From positions 5,700,001 through 5,732,000 of the forward strand of contig NC_003272.1 in NCBI RefSeq assembly GCF_000009705.1: 32,000 nt of DNA. The letters are read 5' to 3'. Below, piece after piece: positions 9,382-18,089 of this stretch (the stretch's first letter is position 1; each line of letters opens with the position of its first letter). The notes beneath the pieces are model-generated. The model saw only the letters and a list, made by a program, of their open reading frames with translations, had not been told where the DNA came from and searched no databases. Made by a program: the position numbers and the translations under genes. The DNA comes from Nostoc sp. PCC 7120 = FACHB-418. Its GTDB lineage: Bacteria > Cyanobacteriota > Cyanobacteriia > Cyanobacteriales > Nostocaceae.

Positions 9382-9643
9382 GTTGCCTCAATTCCTAACT
9401 TGACCTTGAGTTGTAATCGCTCACTGAAACAGTGCTGAGTTAAGAGTGCTGTGTGCCAAGTGAAAGTACTTAAACAACAGTACGTACTTTTTACTCCCGT
9501 TTTTTGCTGGGAAAACCAGCCATTTTTTTGCTGAATTTTCTCAACATTTATTTTGGGATCATACTCAGCGCCATGCAAGTGTGTTGAGTATTTCTATCTT
9601 AATCAGGGCTGGGGAAGAAAAAGCGATGAAATTCCAAGCCTGA

Positions 9644-9689
9644 AGGATGAAATATGAAGCGTGAGCTTGTAAACTTCATCTTTCATCCT
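9644..9689 (-). promoter_or_regulatory. long hairpin in the rpsB-tsf spacer
   Basis: AGGATGAAA (9644-9652) pairs with TTTCATCCT (9681-9689), and ATGAAG (9654-9659) pairs with CTTCAT (9674-9679). The structure starts 11 nt after the rpsB stop. No U-tract follows it directly. Confidence 0.4.
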
Positions 9690-9699
9690 ACAATTTGGC

Positions 9700-10497
9700 T
9701 TATTCTGCTTCCTCTCCGTCTTCGGGAATCACCGAGTCAGCGTACTCGGTTTCATCGTAATCGTAGTCTTCCTCAGAGCCTTCGTAATCTTCGTACTCTT
9801 CTTCTACATCTAGCTGACCGTGACGGCCTTCATAAATAGCATCCGCCAATTTACCCACTATCAGCTTAATTGATCTGATAGCATCGTCATTTGCTGGAAT
9901 GGGGATATCTACTACATCTGGATCGCAGTTTGTATCCAACATAGACACAATGGGGATGCTGAGTTTTTGACATTCTTGAACTGCGTTGTACTCCCGGCGT
10001 TGGTCTACAATTACCACTACATCGGGGACTTTCCGCATTGTTTTAATGCCACCCAAGTATTTTTGTAGTTTCGCCAGTTCCCGCCGTAGCATGGATGCTT
10101 CTTTTTTCGGCAGTAAATCTAAAGCGCCGCTTTCTTCCCGACGTTCTAAGTCTTTTAGGCGGTCTACTCTGGTTTTGATGGTTGCCCAGTTGGTGAGCAT
10201 TCCACCCAACCAACGCTGGTTAATGTAGTGGGAACCACAACGAGCAGCTTCCTGAGCGATAATCCCTGCTGCTTGCCGCTTTGTACCGACGAAGAGAAAT
10301 TTCTTCCCTTGTTCGGCTTGCGATCGCATATAGTTATACGCTTCATCCATCAAGTGGGCTGTCTGCACCAAGTCGATGATATGTACACCATTGCGAGAGG
10401 TGTAAATGTAAGGAGACATTTTTGGGTTCCAACGTCGGGTTTGATGCCCAAAGTGAACCCCAGACTCCATCATCTGAGCCAATGAAACTACTGGCAT
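9700..10497 (-). CDS. rpsB: 30S ribosomal protein S2
   Basis: 265 aa. [15 protein letters not shown] signature and an acidic C-terminal tail. Confidence 0.95.
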   Translation of the reverse strand: MPVVSLAQMMESGVHFGHQTRRWNPKMSPYIYTSRNGVHIIDLVQTAHLMDEAYNYMRSQAEQGKKFLFVGTKRQAAGIIAQEAARCGSHYINQRWLGGMLTNWATIKTRVDRLKDLERREESGALDLLPKKEASMLRRELAKLQKYLGGIKTMRKVPDVVVIVDQRREYNAVQECQKLSIPIVSMLDTNCDPDVVDIPIPANDDAIRSIKLIVGKLADAIYEGRHGQLDVEEEYEDYEGSEEDYDYDETEYADSVIPEDGEEAE

Positions 10498-10512
10498 ATT
10501 TTTATAACTCCT

Positions 10513-10565
10513 ATTCGGGTTAAACCTCCACCTGGGTGTATTTCCTCACCAGGAAACACCCGAAT
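10513..10565 (-). promoter_or_regulatory. structured rpsB 5' leader (candidate autoregulatory element)
   Basis: Outer stem ATTCGGGT (10513-10520) / ACCCGAAT (10558-10565) encloses GGGTGTATTTCC / GGAAACACCC. On the mRNA the 3' arm abuts the AGGAG Shine-Dalgarno sequence. Confidence 0.35.
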
Positions 10566-10638
10566 TCCCAGATGTGCGGAATTTGGTTAGCCATACTAGG
10601 GTAACACACAGGTTATCCTCTTATGTCAACCTAATTTT

Positions 10639-11607
10639 TTACGATACTTTCTGCATTTGGGAATAAGCTTGATAGACACCCTTAACGTTGTACCAGTTGA
10701 GGAAAATTCGCGCGATTTCCAAAGCTAACTGGGGTTTCCCCGACTTAATTAACCATTGCAATAGAGGAGCCATTGTGTTTTCATTCAATGCACCATTAAG
10801 CGAAAGAATCCCCCAAAGTAAACGATGTAACCATGTCATTTGAATCATCATTCGCACTTCCCATGTGGGATGTTTTTTGTAGAACAAAACACCCATACGT
10901 CCGCGTTGAATTTCCTTCTCGATTAAGTTAGGTACTTGTTCTAAATTAAATGGTGGATGCCAATGATAGCCGACAGCCGCCGGACATTTGATGAGTTGTA
11001 GTCCGAGGTTTTTGAGTCTGACACCTAATTCTAAATCTTCCCAACCGTAGAGTTGAAAGCCAGTGTCAAATAGTCCAGCTTGTTCTAGCCAATGCTTAGG
11101 GATGGCGACATTGCCTGTAGCGAAAAAAGCGGCGGAAAAATCGGTGATTTTATAAGGTTCAGCAGTAGGATTATCGAAATTACAAGTATTAATTACTGCA
11201 CCGTATGTAAAGAAGCGATCGCTCCCCAATTTCTCTTGTCCTTGCAATAACGCATCTGCATGAGCTTGCAGGAAATTGTCCAGCACAACTAAATCGCTAT
11301 CTATAAAGATAATTATATCACCCCGCGCCTTTTCTACGCCTAAATTCCGCGCTGCCGCCGGGCCTGCATGGTCTTGCTCGAACCAGCGCACATGGGGAAA
11401 CTCTTCTTTGTGTGTTGCTAACCAGTCTAATGTGCCATCTGTCGAACCATCATCGACTAAAACAATTTCATATTCGTTAATTACAGTTGATGCGCTGAGT
11501 TGTTGCGCCTCTAGGGCGCGGAGGCATTTTTCTAAAATCGGCTGGCGATCGTAAGTCGGTATCACAACACTAATAAACACAGTCTCACCCACAACATTAC
11601 TACCCAT
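10639..11607 (-). CDS. family 2 glycosyltransferase
   Basis: 322 aa. VVIPTYDR ... DDGSTDGT ... DSD motifs typical of GT-A fold GT2 enzymes. Confidence 0.85.
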   Translation of the reverse strand: MGSNVVGETVFISVVIPTYDRQPILEKCLRALEAQQLSASTVINEYEIVLVDDGSTDGTLDWLATHKEEFPHVRWFEQDHAGPAAARNLGVEKARGDIIIFIDSDLVVLDNFLQAHADALLQGQEKLGSDRFFTYGAVINTCNFDNPTAEPYKITDFSAAFFATGNVAIPKHWLEQAGLFDTGFQLYGWEDLELGVRLKNLGLQLIKCPAAVGYHWHPPFNLEQVPNLIEKEIQRGRMGVLFYKKHPTWEVRMMIQMTWLHRLLWGILSLNGALNENTMAPLLQWLIKSGKPQLALEIARIFLNWYNVKGVYQAYSQMQKVS

Positions 11608-11799
11608 CTCCAGAATAGGACAGTGTGGTACTTCCGACTGTTCCTTATCTAACTCTGATTACGGAGATACTTGCCTCATAAATGCTGCCGAAGCTACTGA
11701 AATTTTGTTTTAAATATAGCGATATATTTTCATTGCTAAAGCAGTAATTTTCAGAAAAAAATATATTTTTGCTCAAATAATCCCTATTAATAAATTCCC

Positions 11800-11840
11800 A
11801 TTAATCAATATATAACCTGACGTTAACACTGGTTACTTAA
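11800..11840 (+). promoter_or_regulatory. candidate Pho-box array upstream of phoX
   Basis: 8-mers ATTAATCA (11800), TATAACCT (11811), GTTAACAC (11822) and GTTACTTA (11832) occur at about 11-bp spacing. They resemble the cyanobacterial PhoB/SphR consensus PyTTAAPyPy(T/A). Confidence 0.35.
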
Positions 11841-12055
11841 ATTCACTAAAAGCTTGAAAAATGTCGTAACTACAGGAATATACGCTTGCCTATCCTGTAT
11901 TCACCACGGACTTTTGCCGTTAAAAATACACAATAAATCAAGCTGTTTCTGAGTGTTCTATGTAAATCTGTAGAGTTTTTATTTACTCAACCTTTCTTGC
12001 TATCAAGCGATGAAATAAATAGCAAAATTTGTGAACTTTAAGTGGAGTACTCAGA

Positions 12056-14242
12056 ATGAAAGGACGCTTTCACCCTAAAAATAATCAAACTATCAACCCA
12101 TCTAGTAACGAGTCAATTCGTGATGTAATTGACCGTATGAGCATGAGTCGCCGTAAATTCATCTTCACAGCTGCTAGTGCGTCACTATTAACTGTTGTGG
12201 GTGAAGTTTCTATTGGTGGCTTTCTCCAAAGTGTTGAAGCATCTCCAATTCCGAAAGGAACAGGATTTGCTGGTATTGGGTTCAAGAGTGTTCCCCCAAA
12301 CCTACTCAACCCAGCTACAGGACTTCTAGAAAAAGACTTGGTTAGTGTTCCCGAAGGATACACAGCCAAAGTGTTGATTGCTTGGGGAGACCCAATCATG
12401 CCCACCGCGCCAAACTGGTTGCCAGACGCATCCCAAGGTGCTGCTGCTCAAGAAATGCAGTATGGTATGCACGTTGATGGTATGCACTACTTCCCTCTAT
12501 CACCTGGGAATGCTGTTGGTCGGACAGTTGGTTCACAAACTAGATCATTAAGAAGTTTCTTAAATCAGAACATAAACACTGGCTTATTGTGTGTAAACCA
12601 CGAATATACCCAGGAATCAATACTACATGGTTCCGAAGGTCTGAGTCCGGTCACAATTCAAAAAGTGCGTAAATCTCAGGCTGCTCATGGCGTGTCTGTT
12701 GTACAAATTACCAAGAATGGTAATGACTGGACTTTCAACCGCAATTCTGAATTTGGTCGCCGCATTACTGCCAACACCCCAATGCGGATTTCCGGCCCTG
12801 CGGCTGGTAGTGATTTGTTGAAATCCAAAAAGTTTGCTATCAACCCAGATGGTTCTGTTGAGATTGGTACAAACGACGGTTTCACCGCCTATGGTACAGC
12901 AAACAACTGCGCTCATGGTTACACACCTTGGGGTACTTACTTAACCTGTGAGGAAAACTGGAACGGTTACTTCGGTAACAATGGTGAGCCTTTAGCTTCC
13001 ACTCCAGGGATTAACGATTCAGAAGTTCTAGCAGTACAAAATCGTTACGGTCTTTCTGCCGGTGGCTTCGGCTATCGTTGGCATGAAGTTGACCCTCGCT
13101 TCAACAACCGCACCAACCCACTCGAACCCCACACCTTCGGCTGGGTAGTAGAAATCGATCCATACACTCCTAGAAGCACACCAGTTAAACGTACAGCTCT
13201 GGGACGCTTCAAGCATGAAAGCGCTCAAGTTGTTGTCGATGACAATAATCGTGTAGCGTTCTATCAGGGTGACGACGAGCGCAACGATTACATTTACAAG
13301 TTCGTTTGCGCCCAACCCTATAATCCTAGAAATCGTGAGGCTAACCGCGATTTACTCGACACTGGTGTTCTTTATGTTGCCAAATTTAACGACAACGGCA
13401 CTGGTCAGTGGTTACCTTTAGTCTATGGACAAAATGGTTTAACACCAGAAAATGGTTTCAGAAACCAAGCTGAAGTATTGGTAAAAACCCGTCAGGCTGC
13501 GGATAGAGTCGGCGCGACTATGATGGATAGACCAGAATGGGTAGCTGTACGTCCTCGGATTGGTGGATTTAGAGAGATCGAAGTCTACTGCACCCTGACG
13601 AACAACAACCGTCGTGGAACAGGAACCGAATCTGTTAACCAAGCAGACGGTTCAACAACCGCAGGTAGTGCGCGTCCTCCTATAGATAAGTCTAACCCCC
13701 GTCCTGACAACCGTTATGGTCACATTATTCGCTGGCGCGAAGATGGTCGCAGTGTTGCAACTACTACCTTCAAATGGGATATTTTCATTGAAGCTGGTGA
13801 TAGCCAAAGAACTGAACCCAACCTTCAGGGCAATATCAACGGTGATGACCTCAGTTCACCAGATGGTCTCTGGTTTGATGACTTCGGTCGTCTCTGGATT
13901 CAAACTGATCAAGCTGGTGATGGTCTTGGTAGCACAGTTAATGGTGTTCCTGAGCTAATAAATATCGGTAGTAACGGTATGTTTTGTGCTGACCCCAACA
14001 CCAGACAGGTGAGACGTTTCCTAACTAGCCCTCCTGATTGTGAAGTAACTGGTGTTATCACTACACCTGATGGTAAAGCGATGTTTGTCGGCATCCAGCA
14101 CCCTGGGGATGGCGGGACTACCGCGAATCCCACTCAGAACAGCCACTGGCCTTATAGCCAAGGTTACGGCCTACCTGGCCGCCCCCGTTCGGCAACGGTA
14201 GTAATTACCCGCAACGATGGTGGTGTTATTGGTGGTTTGTAA
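12056..14242 (+). CDS. phoX: PhoX-family alkaline phosphatase with a Tat signal
   Basis: 728 aa. Twin-arginine motif SRRKFIF followed by a hydrophobic stretch. PhoX-like blocks are present (NHEY, MDRPEW, GIQHPG). An alternative start at ATG 12137 would begin at MSMSRRKF. Confidence 0.85.
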   Translation: MKGRFHPKNNQTINPSSNESIRDVIDRMSMSRRKFIFTAASASLLTVVGEVSIGGFLQSVEASPIPKGTGFAGIGFKSVPPNLLNPATGLLEKDLVSVPEGYTAKVLIAWGDPIMPTAPNWLPDASQGAAAQEMQYGMHVDGMHYFPLSPGNAVGRTVGSQTRSLRSFLNQNINTGLLCVNHEYTQESILHGSEGLSPVTIQKVRKSQAAHGVSVVQITKNGNDWTFNRNSEFGRRITANTPMRISGPAAGSDLLKSKKFAINPDGSVEIGTNDGFTAYGTANNCAHGYTPWGTYLTCEENWNGYFGNNGEPLASTPGINDSEVLAVQNRYGLSAGGFGYRWHEVDPRFNNRTNPLEPHTFGWVVEIDPYTPRSTPVKRTALGRFKHESAQVVVDDNNRVAFYQGDDERNDYIYKFVCAQPYNPRNREANRDLLDTGVLYVAKFNDNGTGQWLPLVYGQNGLTPENGFRNQAEVLVKTRQAADRVGATMMDRPEWVAVRPRIGGFREIEVYCTLTNNNRRGTGTESVNQADGSTTAGSARPPIDKSNPRPDNRYGHIIRWREDGRSVATTTFKWDIFIEAGDSQRTEPNLQGNINGDDLSSPDGLWFDDFGRLWIQTDQAGDGLGSTVNGVPELINIGSNGMFCADPNTRQVRRFLTSPPDCEVTGVITTPDGKAMFVGIQHPGDGGTTANPTQNSHWPYSQGYGLPGRPRSATVVITRNDGGVIGGL

Positions 14243-14263
14243 TTTAGATTTTTCTAGTTGATC

Positions 14264-14304
14264 AAAAATAAAGAGACGTTGCATTGCAGCGTCTCTTTAT
14301 TTTT
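14264..14304 (+). terminator. strong rho-independent terminator after phoX (symmetrical A/T flanks)
   Basis: AAAAATAAAGAGACG ... CGTCTCTTTATTTTT. The stem is about 17 bp with a 3-nt loop. It lies 22 nt after the stop. Confidence 0.8.
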
Positions 14305-14433
14305 ATAGAAAAAAGCTAGGCTTAAAACCGAGTGGAATTGCAGGCGAACGCGAGTGCGTCTCGTCAGAGAAAAGATTTATAGTGATTTGAAAATCGAGAA
14401 ATTACTCAGCTACACCCTAATTAAATCCCCACA

Positions 14434-14907
14434 ATGTATAGAATTTTAATATTTGGCAATTCTGGGTCTGGAAAAAGCACTCTTGCAAATAAACTTGGTA
14501 AAGACTTCAATATTCCAATTCTGGATCTCGATACTATCGTTTGGGAACCAAACCAAATAGCCATACGCCGTCCTCAAGAAGATTCAGAAAAGGATCTAAG
14601 ACATTTCATAGACAATAATGTTTCTTGGGTAATTGAAGGCTGCTACAGTACGCTAATCAAAGTTGCTATTGACTTCTCAACTGAAATCTATTTTCTGAAT
14701 CCTGGCATTAGTAAGTGTCTTGAGAATAACCGCAATCGACCTTGGGAGCCACACAAATTCAAATCAACCGAGGAGCAGGCACAAACATTCGAGTTTCTAC
14801 AGAATTGGATTCAACAATATGAAGAACGGGATGATGAATTCGGTTATTCATCCCATCGTTCAATATTTAATCAATATAATGGTAGAAAACATGAAATTAT
14901 TGCATGA
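14434..14907 (+). CDS. small P-loop NTPase/kinase (adenylate-kinase or FlaR-like fold)
   Basis: 157 aa. N-terminal Walker A ILIFGNSGSGKSTLA. The gene is markedly AT-rich compared with its neighbours (about 30% G+C in the first 60 nt, counted by eye). Confidence 0.7.
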   Translation: MYRILIFGNSGSGKSTLANKLGKDFNIPILDLDTIVWEPNQIAIRRPQEDSEKDLRHFIDNNVSWVIEGCYSTLIKVAIDFSTEIYFLNPGISKCLENNRNRPWEPHKFKSTEEQAQTFEFLQNWIQQYEERDDEFGYSSHRSIFNQYNGRKHEIIA

Positions 14908-14940
14908 ACTAATCACCTCAAATTACAGAGACATGACAAT

Positions 14941-14967
14941 AAAAAAAGACAGGTACAAAACCTGCCT
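14941..14967 (-). terminator. terminator of PEP-CTERM gene A
   Basis: On the minus-strand RNA, AGGCAGGU-UUUGU-ACCUGUCU (8 bp including one G-U pair) is followed by U7. It lies about 27 nt after the stop. Confidence 0.55.
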
Positions 14968-14993
14968 AGCTAACAATATTTAAAACATTGTTT

Positions 14994-15533
14994 CTAGCCT
15001 ACTAATGTGGCTTTTTTCTTACGCTTCATGAATAGTCCTACGGTAGCAGCGATCGCTATACCACTAACTGCAAAGGGTTCTGGTACTTGACTGTAGCGGA
15101 CAGTACCCACTTCTGTGGCAAATACTGATCCATCAATTTCATAAAATATATTTCCGCCTACATCGAGATTATTTTCATTGCCGATGAAAAACTTGTCTGC
15201 AACAAAATAGCTGAGTCCCAAAAGTTTACCGTCGTTAAAGCTAACTATCGGGTATAAATCATAAAATTCATCATCTTCTTCTGTATAGGTATTACCTAAG
15301 TAGTTGAATTTAACTTCTAACCCATTCTCAACTCCCAATGTCTCCAGCCCTAAACCAGTTAAGAATGAGTCATCATATTTAAGAGAACCGAAATACTGAC
15401 CGGGATTGCTGCCAGATGTAGCATCAACGATGAAATTGTAATTAACGATCGCCGCTTGTGTTGGTTGAACACCAACAGCAGCAACAGAAATTGCCGCAAT
15501 AGTTGCAATACCTAAACCTTTAGCTAATTTCAT
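14994..15533 (-). CDS. PEP-CTERM sorting-domain secreted protein, paralog A
   Basis: Signal peptide MKLAKGLGIATIAAISVAAVGVQPTQA. C-terminal VPEP, a hydrophobic helix, then KRKKK. Start moved to ATG 15533, which has GGAG about 9 nt upstream. The longer ORF start at 15605 is rejected. Confidence 0.8.
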   Translation of the reverse strand: MKLAKGLGIATIAAISVAAVGVQPTQAAIVNYNFIVDATSGSNPGQYFGSLKYDDSFLTGLGLETLGVENGLEVKFNYLGNTYTEEDDEFYDLYPIVSFNDGKLLGLSYFVADKFFIGNENNLDVGGNIFYEIDGSVFATEVGTVRYSQVPEPFAVSGIAIAATVGLFMKRKKKATLVG

Positions 15534-15837
15534 GAAAAAATGCTCCAAGCTTAAAAAGTGAAGAATAGTTACGCAATTACACTTAATAAGCCTTCCAATG
15601 ATCACAAGAGGTTAAGGAATGCCCAACCCAGGGTTAAATACAAACAGCATAACCGTGAAATTACGGAAATATGGCAAAGTGCTGATTACTGAGTTATGAG
15701 ATAAGATAAGCTATTCTGCTTTTAAGTTGCACAATCCATCGTGAGGGCTGTTAACTTTCAAAAGCCCTTATTAGTATAGTTATACAATTTAGCCGCTCAT
15801 TAGCTTATTCTTGCACCTACTCCTATCTCTTACTTTT

Positions 15838-15866
15838 AAAATAAAAACCCCACTGTTGAAGTGGGG
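15838..15866 (-). terminator. terminator of PEP-CTERM gene B
   Basis: On the minus-strand RNA, CCCCACU-UCAAC-AGUGGGG is followed by UUUUUAUUUU. It lies 26 nt after the stop at 15892. Confidence 0.6.
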
Positions 15867-15891
15867 AGTGATTCAATCAGGATTTCTCTTA

Positions 15892-16512
15892 TCAGTACAA
15901 TTGTACTATAAAATTCAAAAAATAACAAGCTGTATACAGGAAATACTGCATCGCTTTTAAAAATGGGCAGTTTTTTTTCTGGCGGTTCGACCACAAACCG
16001 ACAAAAGTGGCGATCGCTGTGCCGAAAATAGCCAAGGGTTCTGGTACTGTAGAGTAGCTGACTGTACCCGCTTCATTCGCAGACAATAAATCAGCACCCA
16101 CAATACTATAAAACTGATTACCTCCTGTAAATGGAGTATCTAAGTCACCACCAAGAAAAAACTTGTCTTCAACTAAATAGCTCAGTCCTAAGAGTTTGCC
16201 ATCTTGAAAGCTAACTAAAGGTGCTACTCCCGTTGGATAATCAACATCATCCAGTTCTGTGTATTGAGTACCCAAGTAATCAAACACAATGGATAATAGT
16301 CCATTGCCAACATCCAGACTCTCTTCGCCAACACCGTTTAAGTTCGCGTCATCAAAACTAAAAGACCCAAAATATACCCCCGGATTATCTCCAGTAGCAT
16401 TCACAGCGAAATTATAATTAACGATGGCAGCTTGTGTTGGTTTAGCTTCAATAGCAGCTAGAGAAATAGCGATCGCAAAAGTAGCAATGCCAAAATTTTT
16501 GCTTAACTTCAT
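15892..16512 (-). CDS. PEP-CTERM sorting-domain secreted protein, paralog B, with an atypical 26-aa extension after the basic tail
   Basis: It aligns end to end with paralog A (PTQAAIVNYNF, VSF.DGKLLGLSY, DKFF, GTV.YS.VPEP). Start taken at ATG 16512 with GGAG upstream. Confidence 0.75.
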   Translation of the reverse strand: MKLSKNFGIATFAIAISLAAIEAKPTQAAIVNYNFAVNATGDNPGVYFGSFSFDDANLNGVGEESLDVGNGLLSIVFDYLGTQYTELDDVDYPTGVAPLVSFQDGKLLGLSYLVEDKFFLGGDLDTPFTGGNQFYSIVGADLLSANEAGTVSYSTVPEPLAIFGTAIATFVGLWSNRQKKNCPFLKAMQYFLYTACYFLNFIVQLY

Positions 16513-16794
16513 CAGAAACAACTCCAAAGCTAAAAAGTGAATATTGTGGCGATTTCACTTAAATAAGCTTTGAACCAACGACAAGAGGTTAAAAACAATA
16601 GAATAAATGGTTAAGCAGAATGATTGTATTTCAATTTTTTGCGTAGGTAGAGCATCGTTGTAGACATCCCTATGTCAGTGAATGATGATTGATAACTCTC
16701 GGATGAGCTTATCAGTTGTTGCACAAAGAAAATATACACGGTGTAGTTAGATATAATAATGACTCATTATTTGTTTTCCTAACTGGAGAAAGCA

Positions 16795-17997
16795 ATGGGT
16801 CGCGCCAAAAAGGTTGTTCTGGCATATTCTGGTGGAGTAGATACCTCCGTTTGCATCCCCTATCTCAAACAAGAGTGGGGAGTAGAAGAGGTAATTACCC
16901 TAGCAGCAGATTTAGGCCAGGGAGATGAATTAGAACCAATCCGAGAAAAAGCACTAAAATCAGGTGCAAGTGAATCCCTCGTAGCGGATGTCAAAGAAAG
17001 TTTTATTAAAGATTATGCTTTTCCCGCGATACAGGCCAACGCCCTCTACGAAAATCGCTATCCGCTAGGAACTGCTTTAGCCCGTCCGTTAATTGCTAAG
17101 ATATTGGTCGAAGCTGCGGCAAAATACGGTGCTGATGCGATCGCACATGGTTGTACAGGTAAGGGTAATGATCAGGTGCGCTTTGATGTCTCTTGTACTG
17201 CACTCAATCCTAATTTGAAGATCCTCGCCCCGGCGCGGGAATGGGGAATGAGCAGAGAAGCAACCATCGCCTATGGTGAAAAGTTTGGCATCCCCTCACC
17301 CGTGAAAAAGTCTTCGCCTTACAGCATTGATAAAAATTTACTTGGTCGTAGTATTGAAGCTGGTGCGTTGGAAGATCCCAAATTTGAGCCACCAGAAGAA
17401 ATCTATGAAATGACAAAGGCGATCGCCGACACCCCCAATGAGCCAGAATACATTGAAATAGGTTTTACTCAAGGTCTGCCAACTACACTCAACGGTATAC
17501 CTAAAGACCCTGTAGCACTCATTCAAGAACTCAATCAGGTGGTAGGAAGTCACGGTGTCGGACGCATCGACATGATTGAAAACCGATTAGTGGGAATCAA
17601 ATCACGAGAGATTTACGAATCTCCGGCAATGTTGGTGCTAATTCCAGCCCACAGAGACCTAGAAAGCCTGACATTAACCGCCGATGTTAGCCACTACAAA
17701 CGAGGTATTGAAGAGACCTACAGCCAAATAGTTTACAACGGTCTGTGGTACAGCCCCCTGAAAGCCGCCTTAGATGCCTTTATTCAAAAGACCCAAGAAC
17801 GGGTGTCAGGAACTGTCAGAGTGAAACTATTCAAAGGTAACGCCACCATAGTCGGACGCTGGAGCGATAGTTCACTCTACACCCCCGATTTAGCAACCTA
17901 CGGCGCTGAAGACCAATTTGACCACAAAGCCGCCGAAGGCTTCATTTACGTTTGGGGATTACCAACTCGTATCTGGGCGCAGCAGGATAGAGGTTAA
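16795..17997 (+). CDS. argG: argininosuccinate synthase
   Basis: 400 aa. [13 protein letters not shown]-binding signature. GGAG lies 8 nt upstream of the ATG, and a perfect TATAAT sits at 16752-16757. Confidence 0.95.
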   Translation: MGRAKKVVLAYSGGVDTSVCIPYLKQEWGVEEVITLAADLGQGDELEPIREKALKSGASESLVADVKESFIKDYAFPAIQANALYENRYPLGTALARPLIAKILVEAAAKYGADAIAHGCTGKGNDQVRFDVSCTALNPNLKILAPAREWGMSREATIAYGEKFGIPSPVKKSSPYSIDKNLLGRSIEAGALEDPKFEPPEEIYEMTKAIADTPNEPEYIEIGFTQGLPTTLNGIPKDPVALIQELNQVVGSHGVGRIDMIENRLVGIKSREIYESPAMLVLIPAHRDLESLTLTADVSHYKRGIEETYSQIVYNGLWYSPLKAALDAFIQKTQERVSGTVRVKLFKGNATIVGRWSDSSLYTPDLATYGAEDQFDHKAAEGFIYVWGLPTRIWAQQDRG

Positions 17998-18047
17998 AAA
18001 CGAGGGATGAGAGAGTAGGGATTGGAAGCAAGATTCACCTCTTTTCT

Positions 18048-18089
18048 CCCAGTCCCTAATCGCCAGTACCCACTCCCTATTCCCCAGCC
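18048..18089. repeat. heptamer array (CCCAGTC-type, STRR1-like)
   Basis: CCCAGTC, CCTAATC, GCCAGTA, CCCACTC, CCTATTC, CCCAGCC. A complementary G-rich half lies at about 18003-18025, so the argG/dedA convergent gap can fold as a long hairpin. The array overlaps the dedA 3' end. Confidence 0.65.

Noticed and set aside
9501-9529. Plus-strand terminator-like GCTGG-GAAAA-CCAGC followed by CATTTTTTT, antisense to the rpsB-tsf operon.
   Set aside because: The stem is only 5 bp and there is no upstream plus-strand gene. It is too weak to call an antisense-RNA terminator without transcript data.
9321-9578. 85-aa minus-strand ORF in the rpsB-tsf spacer.
   Set aside because: It overlaps the tsf start out of frame, has no ribosome-binding site, and has an odd composition (Cys/Trp/His-rich).
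11223-15048. 3.8-kb stretch with no exact HIP1 site, covering phoX and the P-loop kinase. Considered as evidence of horizontal acquisition.
   Set aside because: Equally long HIP1-free stretches occur over clearly core genes (17427-21077 and 25206-29658), so the gap is not discriminating.
15534-15605. N-terminal extensions of several ORF-track calls: 15605 and 16527 for the PEP-CTERM genes, 19117 for the STAS gene, 26164 TTG for cinA, and 30205 GTG.
   Set aside because: The internal ATGs have GGAG-type ribosome-binding sites and give canonical N-termini (a signal peptide, or conserved family starts).
16716-16928. 70-aa plus-strand ORF overlapping the argG start in another frame.
   Set aside because: It is out of frame with a strongly supported argG, has no independent ribosome-binding site, and has an Arg/Ser/Gly-rich shadow composition.
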